This document shows, one piece after another, positions 36,254 through 45,099 of a stretch of DNA of 64,000 nt. The notes beneath the pieces are model-generated. The model did not search any database, was not told the DNA's origin, and saw only the letters and a list, made by a program, of their open reading frames with translations. Positions within the stretch are counted from its first letter, which is position 1; the number at the start of each line of letters is the position of its first letter. The stretch lies in IMG/VR virus record IMGVR_UViG_3300020049_009119. One strand, 5' to 3'. The translations under genes were made by a program, and so were the position numbers. The DNA is from a virus.

Positions 36254-37333
36254 TTAGTTAAACGTGCCGGTTGTCGCGTTCTGCACGGTCGCCGTAATCA
36301 GCGATGTGCCGGACGTAATCGGCAACAGGTCAATCGTGACGGCGAATTTGCCGTTACTGTCCACGTTCTGAATCCGCGTGATTTTGGCTGTCGGGATGAC
36401 GATTTTCAGGAATTGGTAAGTAGTATCCGGCGTACCGCCTGGATCAAGGTCGGCTCCGCGTGCGCCGAAGGTCACGTCAGTCAGCGTGACGCCTTCAACC
36501 ATGTCATCCCACTCATCGCCCGCGTCCGCTTCAATCGTGATCTGCGCGGTTACGGTGCGGTCACGGTGATGAATCTTGCTGTTGTAGGCCGCGTCTGAGA
36601 CGCCGCCGGTCGCTGTTGGGTCGCCCGCGTCCTGCGTGCTGTCGCCGGTGCAACGGTCATCCTGGGGATTCAGCGCGTTATCCAGTGTGATCGTCCAGCC
36701 GCGAACCGTGCAACCCGCGCCCAGGTCTACCGGAGCGCCGTTGTCGTAAGACAGATAGGCGAACGGGCGCAAGCAGGTAAACGCAGGCGCAGACGGCAAA
36801 GATGTGACGCCGTGCGGGTTCCAGTGCTTGCCGGAGCCGACAAGGTTAAAACTCGTCTTGATCGCGTTCACGCCGTCCTGACTCATCGTGGCCTGACCGA
36901 CGACCATTCCGGCATAGCGAAAAGTGTAGCCGCTGCCTTCCATTACGCTGATCGCGTTGAAGGACGGCAATTGCAGGCCGGACGATTCCGGCAACATTGG
37001 CGCGCCGTGCGTATGTGCGGTCGCGGCGATGATTTCCGTGTTTGTCACCGTGCCGCCAACTGCGCGCAACCACAGCCGCGCAGCCAGGTCGAAGTCCGCA
37101 TCGGCTGCGACGTTGATGCCGCTTGGCTCCCAGTACGTTTTGCAAAGCGCGCTGGCAAACTCGCTGCCTGCCCGCCCCTGATCGGTGCGGAATTCCTGAT
37201 TCGGAATCGTGACCAGAGGTGTGTCGTTGACGGCGCGCAAATAGTTCGCGCCGGTCGTATTGGAGTCATTGAACGCGCTTTCCCGCGTTTTGCCGATGTA
37301 GAGTTTTGCTGCCCGTTGTAGATACGATGCCAT
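36254..37333 (-). CDS. Major tail tube protein
   Basis: IGKTRESAFN N-terminus, Thr/Gly-rich beta protein; GAGG RBS; position. Confidence 0.8.
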   Translation of the reverse strand: MASYLQRAAKLYIGKTRESAFNDSNTTGANYLRAVNDTPLVTIPNQEFRTDQGRAGSEFASALCKTYWEPSGINVAADADFDLAARLWLRAVGGTVTNTEIIAATAHTHGAPMLPESSGLQLPSFNAISVMEGSGYTFRYAGMVVGQATMSQDGVNAIKTSFNLVGSGKHWNPHGVTSLPSAPAFTCLRPFAYLSYDNGAPVDLGAGCTVRGWTITLDNALNPQDDRCTGDSTQDAGDPTATGGVSDAAYNSKIHHRDRTVTAQITIEADAGDEWDDMVEGVTLTDVTFGARGADLDPGGTPDTTYQFLKIVIPTAKITRIQNVDSNGKFAVTIDLLPITSGTSLITATVQNATTGTFN

Positions 37334-37438
37334 AGAAACCTCGTGTTGTGGTTCGAGGTCGCTATGCGCTGTATTCAGCGTTGGCCGGATTCGTCGCCGT
37401 CACCGGGCCGCTTGCTCAGTTGGTAAAATTGAAAAGAA

Positions 37439-37558
37439 CTATTTCTGCTCAGACTGAAGCCGCTTGGCGTATTCAGTAACCGCCGTGCCGATACCCTTGA
37501 TCAGCCGTCCTAATTCTTCCAGAAACCAGATTGTTGCAGTGCTTGTTCCCTGACTCAT
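37439..37558 (-). CDS. 39-aa peptide (not in ORF track)
   Basis: MSQGTSTATIWFLEELGRLIKGIGTAVTEYAKRLQSEQK; ATGA overlap with upstream stop. Confidence 0.45.
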   Translation of the reverse strand: MSQGTSTATIWFLEELGRLIKGIGTAVTEYAKRLQSEQK

Positions 37559-38028
37559 TCGCACCCCACTTTCACGCCATCAAGCACGATCATGCCGCGC
37601 GCAGTGTGAATCAGTTTTCCGCCCGGCCCTTCGCTCGCCGGTCGAATATCGTCAAAGCTTGGCGGCAGCGCGAAGGTCAGCGGATCGGAGAGCGGTTGCA
37701 AAAAGGCGTCGCGCACATCGTCAAGCTCGTCAAGAAATTCCTTCTCCGAATTCGTCGTATCGCTGCCCGTCGCGTATTGCAGGAACGCCCAGACGGTGTA
37801 GCGCGGCGAATATTCGGCGTAATTCTGATAATTCGCCTTCAGCGTGTCCGCCGTCTTCGTCACAATCCAGCCGTGGATGCGTGCGCCGTCAGCCTCTGCG
37901 CTTCGCAACATTTCCCAATCACCCGCCGCCAGCTTGCCCAGAATGTCGCGCGGCTTGACGATGGCAGCAGGCGCAGCCGTGGCGATGATGGCGGCAATGG
38001 CGGCTTGGATTTCGTAGGAAGACGCCAC
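37555..38028 (-). CDS. Tail terminator-like protein
   Basis: Size and position in neck cluster. Confidence 0.6.
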   Translation of the reverse strand: MASSYEIQAAIAAIIATAAPAAIVKPRDILGKLAAGDWEMLRSAEADGARIHGWIVTKTADTLKANYQNYAEYSPRYTVWAFLQYATGSDTTNSEKEFLDELDDVRDAFLQPLSDPLTFALPPSFDDIRPASEGPGGKLIHTARGMIVLDGVKVGCE

Positions 38029-38031
38029 TGC

Positions 38032-38439
38032 CTAAAACCTCCCCAACTGTCCCGCCGCAAACCGCTGCTTGACGGTTTCGATTGCGGGCGCGATGAATGG
38101 GCGCGGAGCCAGTCTTCCCGGCACGCCGTCCTCCAAATAAGCCGCATATTCCGTATCAATCACCCGCTCTACCGTCAGCGGCGCAACGAAGCGCGGCAGT
38201 CCTTCCTTGCGAAACAGATTGCCACTCCGAATTGCGGGCGCTTGCCCTGGCGCAGACGCTACATACTTGCCGCGTGCTGGCCGTGGTCGGTAATACGTGC
38301 GGCCTGACTTCGGCAGACCGAAAGAACGGATTTCCAATGCGCGCTCGTAATGGGCGATGTCCATCAGAGTTGGGCGCGCCTGCTGGGTAATCGCGGCGCG
38401 GAAAAGATCGTTGTTGAGAAGGACGGTGTATGCGGGCAT
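38032..38439 (-). CDS. HK97 gp10-like neck protein
   Basis: SAPGQAPAIRSGNL; YAAYLEDG; LAPRPFIAPA. Confidence 0.8.
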   Translation of the reverse strand: MPAYTVLLNNDLFRAAITQQARPTLMDIAHYERALEIRSFGLPKSGRTYYRPRPARGKYVASAPGQAPAIRSGNLFRKEGLPRFVAPLTVERVIDTEYAAYLEDGVPGRLAPRPFIAPAIETVKQRFAAGQLGRF

Positions 38440-38840
38440 TAGTCTTCGTCCTCCTTTGGTGCGACACCTAAACGCCAAAGCCTGCACTCGCCGAAGGGCG
38501 GATAGAAGTGCTCTTTCACCAGGCTGTAGCGTGTCGTAGCAATCGGCGTTTCCAGTGTCAAAGAACTTACGCGCAGCAAATCCGTGCTGGTCAAACTGTC
38601 TTCTGGAATGCGAATTTCGTATTTCACTTCTGGCGGCAATTGCGTGCCATCAAATGCCCGGTCGTAGAATTTGAAGTGATCAATCCCGGCTGACTGGGTT
38701 GGCTCATTCGTTCCACTCAGTCGCTCAAAAAAGATCGTACTACCCTCTCCCAGTGAGTTCGGCCCCTCGCCGTGCTGCGTATGCGCCAACTCCTGCGCGA
38801 ATGTCACGTTATAGGCTTGCACGTCGCCAAGAACGCTCAT
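38439..38840 (-). CDS. Head closure-like protein
   Basis: Size and position. Confidence 0.5.
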   Translation of the reverse strand: MSVLGDVQAYNVTFAQELAHTQHGEGPNSLGEGSTIFFERLSGTNEPTQSAGIDHFKFYDRAFDGTQLPPEVKYEIRIPEDSLTSTDLLRVSSLTLETPIATTRYSLVKEHFYPPFGECRLWRLGVAPKEDED

Positions 38841-39331
38841 CAGGCGACCTCCAGCGAGGCGTAACGCTCTGCCTGTTTAATGCAGTGCTCATAGACCTGC
38901 TGCGTTTGCATGCCGCTACTGCCGTGCAGTGATGCCGCCATCGCCGCCTTCGCCTCCCACACCTGGCGCGCCGACCTCCGCACGTCGTACAAATTGTCAA
39001 AATCCGGCCCGTATTCCTGCCAAGTCAGAATCGGATCGCTTACGCCTTCGGTAATAATTCCGCCCGCGCCCTTCGGCCATTCCGGCTCATCGGCAGCATC
39101 GGCATCACTTGTTCCCGCCTGAATGCAGCGGTATTTGTGACCATTGCGAACTGTGGGCAGAATTACTGCGCCATAGATATACGCCGTCCCCACTGTCCAG
39201 ATCGTCGCCTTGATTGAGTTATCAAGGATTGTGTCCAGTGCCGTTGCACCAATCAGCGGCGGAACGTCCGGCTGCGCATACAGCCGGAGCAGTTCCATCG
39301 CGGATTCACGTTGTTCGGCAGCAGTGGGCAT
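38840..39331 (-). CDS. Head-tail adaptor-like protein
   Basis: YDVRRSARQVWEAKAAM; position after capsid genes. Confidence 0.6.
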   Translation of the reverse strand: MPTAAEQRESAMELLRLYAQPDVPPLIGATALDTILDNSIKATIWTVGTAYIYGAVILPTVRNGHKYRCIQAGTSDADAADEPEWPKGAGGIITEGVSDPILTWQEYGPDFDNLYDVRRSARQVWEAKAAMAASLHGSSGMQTQQVYEHCIKQAERYASLEVA

Positions 39332-39673
39332 TTATCGTTTGCGGTGGTGCTTTTTAATTACTTCTGTTTTTACCGGCTCCGGCTCTTGCCCTGGTTCGTC
39401 CGGCGGCGGTTCCATCTCCGGCTCAATTGCCAAAATCACCGGCGCTTCCGGTTCGGCAATTACCGCAGGCGTTTCAACCGCAGGCGCAGGTGGTGTCAGC
39501 AATCCATATCGCTCCGCCACTGCGCGCGGCAAGGTGCAACCCTTGGCGACCAATTGAGTCAGCTTGTTCGGGTCTTTCTCGCCAACCACATTGCCGTGCT
39601 TGTCAAGAAAAATGAACCGATCCGCCACCCAATCAGCCGCGCCCGGCGGTTCTGGTTTGATGATTGTCACCAT
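39332..39673 (-). CDS. Small Pro/Glu-rich capsid-associated protein
   Basis: Position; GEKDP...LVAKGCTLP...YGL motif. Confidence 0.55.
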   Translation of the reverse strand: MVTIIKPEPPGAADWVADRFIFLDKHGNVVGEKDPNKLTQLVAKGCTLPRAVAERYGLLTPPAPAVETPAVIAEPEAPVILAIEPEMEPPPDEPGQEPEPVKTEVIKKHHRKR

Positions 39674-39680
39674 CTGTCTC

Positions 39681-40172
39681 CTATGTCGTCCCTGTGAACC
39701 GGAGCAAATACACCGGCACAGTTACCGCGCCCGCCAGTGTTCCGGTTGCAGCCGCGCGAATCAGCAGCCGGTCGCCAGCAACCACGGCCAGGTTTGCCGC
39801 CGTACCGTGAAGGGTTAGGCTTCGCTTGGTGTTGGCAGACAGTGCCGTGCCGCCAGTGGCCTTTGTCGTGTTGGCATCGGTCGCGGCCAGCATTGCGGTC
39901 GAACCTGCACCGCCCTGCCCCAGATTGGTAATCGTCCAGGTGATATAGTTGGAATCGTGCGCCGCCAGCGCAGCCAACGATGAGAAATCCACACTGTCGA
40001 GCGTGCCGGTTTCTGGGACAATCACGTAGTTGTCGGTATTGTTGGTCGTGGCAATGGATGCGCTGACCACATGAATCGGCTTCCGCTTTGCCGCGCCGGT
40101 CAGAAGCGTCCGACTGAACGCATCCGCCGATCCATCGCGCCGTGCGCCCTCTGCTGCATCAAGATAGGCCAT
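39681..40172 (-). CDS. Putative capsid decoration protein
   Basis: Ala/Thr-rich beta protein after capsid gene; GAGG RBS. Confidence 0.55.
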   Translation of the reverse strand: MAYLDAAEGARRDGSADAFSRTLLTGAAKRKPIHVVSASIATTNNTDNYVIVPETGTLDSVDFSSLAALAAHDSNYITWTITNLGQGGAGSTAMLAATDANTTKATGGTALSANTKRSLTLHGTAANLAVVAGDRLLIRAAATGTLAGAVTVPVYLLRFTGTT

Positions 40173-40237
40173 AATGAAATCCTCAAGAAATGGGCGGCAG
40201 CGGTCGCCGCCCGCAGTGAAAAGCACTCAGCCAGCGA

Positions 40238-40600
40238 TTAAACTGCCGTCCAGGTTCCGATGTAGGAATTCACATTCCAATCACCGGCGACCACACACTG
40301 AATTTCCACGCTTTCGCCAACCGCGTTGGCGGTGATGTATGCGCCCGCAGACGACTGCGCGCCGGTAGACGGCAGAGCAATGGTTTCCGTGCCATTTGGA
40401 TCAATGCGCAGTTCCTGCGCGGCTCCGACGTGGAATCTGTACCACTGGCCAACTGTGGCGGCGGGCAGTGCGAAAACAACTGCACCGGCTGCGCCTTCTG
40501 TGGTGAACGTCTTGCCGTTGTCCGTCCCGGCAACAACGGTATAGTCGGCGGTTTTAATCTCTACGGGCCGCAGTTCCCGGCCATTCAAAGTTGCTGACAT
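40238..40600 (-). CDS. Putative capsid decoration / head fibre protein
   Basis: AGGAG RBS; FALPAATVGQWYRF beta-sandwich motif. Confidence 0.55.
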   Translation of the reverse strand: MSATLNGRELRPVEIKTADYTVVAGTDNGKTFTTEGAAGAVVFALPAATVGQWYRFHVGAAQELRIDPNGTETIALPSTGAQSSAGAYITANAVGESVEIQCVVAGDWNVNSYIGTWTAV

Positions 40601-40662
40601 AATCTTTCTCCTGTTGATGAGCGGGCCGAAGCCCGCTCCGGTTATTCACTCTGAATGCCCGC

Positions 40663-41982
40663 TTACGCGGTCAGATCGCATTTCACGAACGCCTTGGGGC
40701 GAATCAGCGCAAACGCGGCGCGGTATTCGGCCAACACCGCAACCAAGTTGCGAATGAAGAAGTCCGAATGGCTGTTGCTCATGCTGATCACGGTCTGCAT
40801 CCGCTCCCAGAGAATCGCCAACCGCCAATCAGCAACCACTGTGTAACCTTCGGTCATTGCTTCGGATTCGACTACCGGCAAGCCCCACAGCGTCGGGCTG
40901 CCCATCTGGGAAGGCCCGCCGTAGTAGTAGCGGTTCTCGTTGTCCTGGAGCAGATCAATTGCCTCCCAGTCGTTCGGGTGCATCACAAACGCCGTGGCGC
41001 GAGCGCGGCCCGTGACGCGAACTTTCGTCCGGCCTTTGCGGGTCGTGGTCAGCACGTCGGTCGCGAACGCCTGTGTGGTGATGCCGGTCGCATTCAGCAC
41101 GCCGCTAAAGTTCTGGCCAGAGCCGGAACCGGCAATCATCTGATCTTCCAATTCTTCCTCGATGCCGTAGCGCAGGAAGTTGTCAATGTAGGTACGAAGC
41201 TGCGCGGCATCGGCCAGGGCCTGATTCGTCACCGGCAACCAATGCGGGATTGTGCGAACCGCCGCCGTGACCGCTTCAAACGCCATTGCGCTTTCCGGCT
41301 TCGATCCCGTTCCGTCCGCCGCGCCGGTCGCTTCCGCGGTTGGCGCAGCCGCATTCGTCACGCTGGTTTCGCGCGCAAATTCCACGGTGTCGCTATTCGT
41401 CTGGCCAATTGTGATCAGGTCGCGCACGGTCAGGGGCCGGGCATAGCTGAAATCCACAATCGGCTTGCGGTCAATGGCGACCAGTGCGCCGCCCGAAGTG
41501 GAAGACGGAGCCGACCAACCGGATGCGCCCGTCACCAGGGTTTTCATCGAATTGGCAAACATGCCCTTCAGCGCCACGCGCGGCGATTGAATCTGCTGCG
41601 CGCTGGAGGGAGCGAAGCCGTCGCCAGCAATCGTTTTCAACCAGGCGGAGAAGGTCGGATCATCCAGCAGTTCTTCGCCGATGGATTTGAGTTGGCGTTC
41701 GCCTTGAGTTTGTCCGGCAGGTGCGCCGGAGAACGGCAGCGGATTGGACGGTGTTTTCTGCGCTTTGACGCGCTCGCCATTGCCGCTGCGAATGTCGGCC
41801 AGCCCTTTTAATTCGCTGGCTTCTTTTTCCAGTTCTTCGATTTCCTTGTTGAGCGTCTTGATGGTTTCGATTTCCACGGCGGTATTTTCGCCGCCGCGCT
41901 TGTCGCCATCGTCAAACAGTTGATTGACCTGATTGCTCTTCGTTGCAATCTCGGCCAGCAATTCTTGCAGCTTCTTAGCCAT
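40663..41982 (-). CDS. Major capsid protein, HK97 fold with delta domain
   Basis: SGGALVAIDR, AVRTIPHWLPVTNQAL, GSGSGQNFSGV, PTLWGLPVV, FIRNLVAVLAEYR. Confidence 0.95.
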   Translation of the reverse strand: MAKKLQELLAEIATKSNQVNQLFDDGDKRGGENTAVEIETIKTLNKEIEELEKEASELKGLADIRSGNGERVKAQKTPSNPLPFSGAPAGQTQGERQLKSIGEELLDDPTFSAWLKTIAGDGFAPSSAQQIQSPRVALKGMFANSMKTLVTGASGWSAPSSTSGGALVAIDRKPIVDFSYARPLTVRDLITIGQTNSDTVEFARETSVTNAAAPTAEATGAADGTGSKPESAMAFEAVTAAVRTIPHWLPVTNQALADAAQLRTYIDNFLRYGIEEELEDQMIAGSGSGQNFSGVLNATGITTQAFATDVLTTTRKGRTKVRVTGRARATAFVMHPNDWEAIDLLQDNENRYYYGGPSQMGSPTLWGLPVVESEAMTEGYTVVADWRLAILWERMQTVISMSNSHSDFFIRNLVAVLAEYRAAFALIRPKAFVKCDLTA

Positions 41983-43381
41983 TTGCACTTACTCCTAATT
42001 GTCGTGCGCGCCATTGATTGCGCAGGGTTGCTGAGATTGCCGCGCGCTTCTGTGCGTCCGTCGCCATCGGCGTGGAGTCATCAAGCAGTTTCTGAAGCTC
42101 TGCTTTGACTGCTTCCAGATTCGGAATCAAATCCGTAATTCGCTGACGATTCTTTTCGCTGAGAACGCGGCCTGCTTTAACCCGGCCTTCGTGATTACCA
42201 CGAAACCGGCTGCTGATCCCCCGCAGAACGCTCACCGTAAATTGGGAGTGAGTATCTAAATCCGCATCGGCAAGCGCCTTCACGCTGGCCTGTGCGTCTA
42301 AAATTGCTTTGAGATAAAACTCATCGTCGCCGCCATCTTCCATCCAGTCGGCGATTTGACCGAGCGCGTGCTTCATCAGAAGGCCGGTGTATTCATCCGT
42401 TGCCTCCTTCACCTTCGCTTCCAGGTCGAATGTGACGCCCGCCATCTGCGCGGCGCTCGCGGCTTGCGCCAGTTTTTTGATGATCTTGGAGTAGACGGAT
42501 TCAAGCTCCCAGCGGCTTGGCACGGTTTCGGCCAATGCTTCCTCGAACATCCCTTTGATGGTTTGCAGATGGTCGCGGCGAGTCGTGGCTTTCAGCACAT
42601 CGAAGCTGACATTCAGCACTTCGGCAAACGCTTTCAGCCGCGCATCAGTGGGACGCTCTTCGTTCGCGAGAATGGATTCGACTGCTTTGACTTCGATCCC
42701 GGCGCGCTTGGCCATTTGATTGATAATCGTTTCGCGCGTTCGCCCCCGGTCGTCTGCGAGGTCGTCAATGTGCTGGTTCAACTTTGCGGCCAAGCCAGTT
42801 GGCTTTTCTGGAATCGCAGGCGCGTCATCGTCCTCATCGCCTTCAACCACCGAAACAAACTTAATCGCATCCAGGCTTTTGATCGTAATGGCGCGGTTCA
42901 GCGGTTCGCACGGCGTCGGCGTCATACTCGCCTCGCCAATTGGCCAGCGCGTGATTTGCCCGCCTTCGGCTTTTTTCACCAGATGCCCCACTGCGCCGGA
43001 GGACCAGCCGATCTTGCCAGCCTTGACCAGCCCAAACACCGCCTTTTCGTATTCGTCCGCCATGTTCAGCACGGTTTCGGCGAAGATGCCCACAGTGTCA
43101 CGCTTTGTCTTCACTGGCGCGAAAACGTGATCGCGCAGCGCTTCAACTTCCGCCTGGGCGGCTTTGGTCAGTTTGGCCTTGACGGGCAGCGCCTGGCCGT
43201 GGTGAAAAACCGTGTCCACGCCGTCGCCGTCGCGTGAACCGAGAAAAGTCTTGCTGGTGAAGTATTCGCCGCTGAGGTCTTTCTGCGCGCCATCGTCAGA
43301 GAAGCGCACCAGATACCCGCCGACTTTGCCGTTCTCGTCCAGCGCCTTGATTGAACCGCCAAAGTAGATCAATGAATCCAT
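41975..43381 (-). CDS. Prohead protease with inserted XRE-like HTH and scaffold-like tail
   Basis: KDLSGEYF, FHHG, GWSSGA, IGEASMTPTPCEP; C-terminal AGRVLSEKNRQRI. Confidence 0.8.
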   Translation of the reverse strand: MDSLIYFGGSIKALDENGKVGGYLVRFSDDGAQKDLSGEYFTSKTFLGSRDGDGVDTVFHHGQALPVKAKLTKAAQAEVEALRDHVFAPVKTKRDTVGIFAETVLNMADEYEKAVFGLVKAGKIGWSSGAVGHLVKKAEGGQITRWPIGEASMTPTPCEPLNRAITIKSLDAIKFVSVVEGDEDDDAPAIPEKPTGLAAKLNQHIDDLADDRGRTRETIINQMAKRAGIEVKAVESILANEERPTDARLKAFAEVLNVSFDVLKATTRRDHLQTIKGMFEEALAETVPSRWELESVYSKIIKKLAQAASAAQMAGVTFDLEAKVKEATDEYTGLLMKHALGQIADWMEDGGDDEFYLKAILDAQASVKALADADLDTHSQFTVSVLRGISSRFRGNHEGRVKAGRVLSEKNRQRITDLIPNLEAVKAELQKLLDDSTPMATDAQKRAAISATLRNQWRARQLGVSANG

Positions 43382-43402
43382 CGTGCGTCCCCAAATAGAA
43401 AA

Positions 43403-43450
43403 AGCGCCGCGAGAAAACGACTTCATTTCTGAAATCTTTCTCGCGGCGCT
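43403..43450 (-). terminator. Long hairpin with GAAA tetraloop and U-tract just upstream of protease gene
   Basis: 14-bp perfect stem AGCGCCGCGAGAAA plus inner GATTTCA-GAAA-TGAAGTC, then TTTTT. Confidence 0.75.
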
Positions 43451-43508
43451 CAACTCGCAAATTGCCCACAAAACGGGCAGCTAAATTGTAAATTCGTCCG
43501 AAGCGAAA

Positions 43509-43739
43509 TTATGCCACAACTAGCCCGCCAATTGCATCAACCTTTTTCGCTTGACTTTGATGCGGATACCAGACGGAAAGTTTCCCGCATATCGGACAAT
43601 AGGGCTTCGTTCGGTCGCGAAATTCCAGCAGCAACTCCCGCCCGCCAATCACAACAGCGATCAGCAGGCGAACGCCATCCGTGCTGCCCAGTTCAGTTGG
43701 GCAGTGACGACAGTGGAATTTTGATTGCTGATTAATCAA
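43509..43739 (-). CDS. Com-like zinc-ribbon protein
   Basis: CRHC and CPIC pairs, 76 aa, between portal and protease. Confidence 0.6.
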   Translation of the reverse strand: MINQQSKFHCRHCPTELGSTDGVRLLIAVVIGGRELLLEFRDRTKPYCPICGKLSVWYPHQSQAKKVDAIGGLVVA

Positions 43740-45097
43740 TTCACCATCTCCGCATTATCCCGGCCATTTACCAACTGCGGCGGCATCTCTCCCGCCCCCA
43801 GTTGCAACGGTTGCGGGTCCGGCTCCAGCGCTTTTTGCTCTTCCGCGCTCAGCACAAAATAAACATCATCTTCCGGCCCCGAATCCAATCCCAACGCCTC
43901 CCGCGCTTCCGACCGCTTCTTGACGCCTTTTTCATAGGCCAGGGTTTCGCGCGTGAATAACTGCCCCCGGTCTTCCTGAAGCGCCGCAATCTCGCTCAGA
44001 TCAAAATCAAATCGCTGATTCGGCTTCAGTCCGAAATCCGGCCCCAGTTGGTGCGTTAGTTCGTCCTCGATATAGGACCACAGCGGGCGGACGTAGGTTT
44101 GAATGGAGCGCGCATCGGCGGAAGTGACGTTGTTATACGTGCTGCTGGTATCGGCCACGCCGAAGCCGAGCGTTTCTTTTGCAATGCCAATGACGGACGC
44201 AAAGCGGCTTTCGGGCAGGTGGCGCAGCATTTTCAAGTCCATCTCTGACGGCGAAAATCCCACTTTCGTCAACTCGACCGCGTTGCCACTGACAAATACC
44301 TTGCCGCGCTGATCGCCGGAAGTGGCGGCGATGTATTTTGATTTGATTTCTGCCGCGTTAAATTCCACGCCCGCCTGCCCCTCTTTCAACGACAATACCA
44401 CCGGCGGCGCGCCGCCCGCTTTCAACAATAGCCAGTGATAAAGTGGCACTTCATTATCCGCGCACACTTCGCGCTGCACGCTCGCCACAGGCGACAGCCC
44501 GGTGCGCCCCTGCGTTTTTGGATCAAGCCCATTGCGAAAGTGGATGATGTCGTCCGCCTCGATTCGCACAATGCGTCCGTCGGGCCGGTATTCGTAATAG
44601 CTGATAAATTCGCTGCCGTCTTCTGGCCAGATTGGCGTGATCATGTCGGACGGCAAATACCAGAGCTGCATCACTAGCCCCAGCCCATTCCGCATCTTGT
44701 AAAAATACACATCGCCGGGAGTGATCCATCCCAGCGCGAACCCCTTCCATAGATTTGCGCCCCCGTAGTAGGGATTGGGGCGTTTCATTAACTCAATTGC
44801 CGGATGACCGATGATGGGCGTTTCTTTGCCATTCTTATCAGCCTCAACAATTTGCAGCGGCGCGTCTGGCAACACGCGCCCCAGCCAATTGACCGCAGCC
44901 ATTACCAGTGATGATTGCACCAGGTCGCCCGCTTCCTGGGTGAAATTCACACTGGAATTATTGAAGTAGCCGGAGAACCAGTTGAATGCGGACCAGGTTT
45001 GACCGCTGCCGCCACCCGCGCCGGTGAAGCGAAAGGCGGCTTTGATAGCGGCGTAGGTGCGGCGAAGGAGGTTGGGCTGGTTGGTTGGTTGATCCAT
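43736..45097 (-). CDS. Portal protein (HK97 family)
   Basis: HPAIELMKRPNP, IIHFRNG, GLSPV, VELTKVGFSPSEM, RSEAREALGL. Confidence 0.93.
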   Translation of the reverse strand: MDQPTNQPNLLRRTYAAIKAAFRFTGAGGGSGQTWSAFNWFSGYFNNSSVNFTQEAGDLVQSSLVMAAVNWLGRVLPDAPLQIVEADKNGKETPIIGHPAIELMKRPNPYYGGANLWKGFALGWITPGDVYFYKMRNGLGLVMQLWYLPSDMITPIWPEDGSEFISYYEYRPDGRIVRIEADDIIHFRNGLDPKTQGRTGLSPVASVQREVCADNEVPLYHWLLLKAGGAPPVVLSLKEGQAGVEFNAAEIKSKYIAATSGDQRGKVFVSGNAVELTKVGFSPSEMDLKMLRHLPESRFASVIGIAKETLGFGVADTSSTYNNVTSADARSIQTYVRPLWSYIEDELTHQLGPDFGLKPNQRFDFDLSEIAALQEDRGQLFTRETLAYEKGVKKRSEAREALGLDSGPEDDVYFVLSAEEQKALEPDPQPLQLGAGEMPPQLVNGRDNAEMVN

Positions 45098-45099
45098 AG

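Noticed and set aside
40644-40656. Third copy of the TTCA-GNAA-TGA hairpin motif after the capsid gene
   Set aside because: ATTCA-GAG-TGAAT has a 3-nt loop, only 5 bp and no U-tract; too weak to group with the other two.
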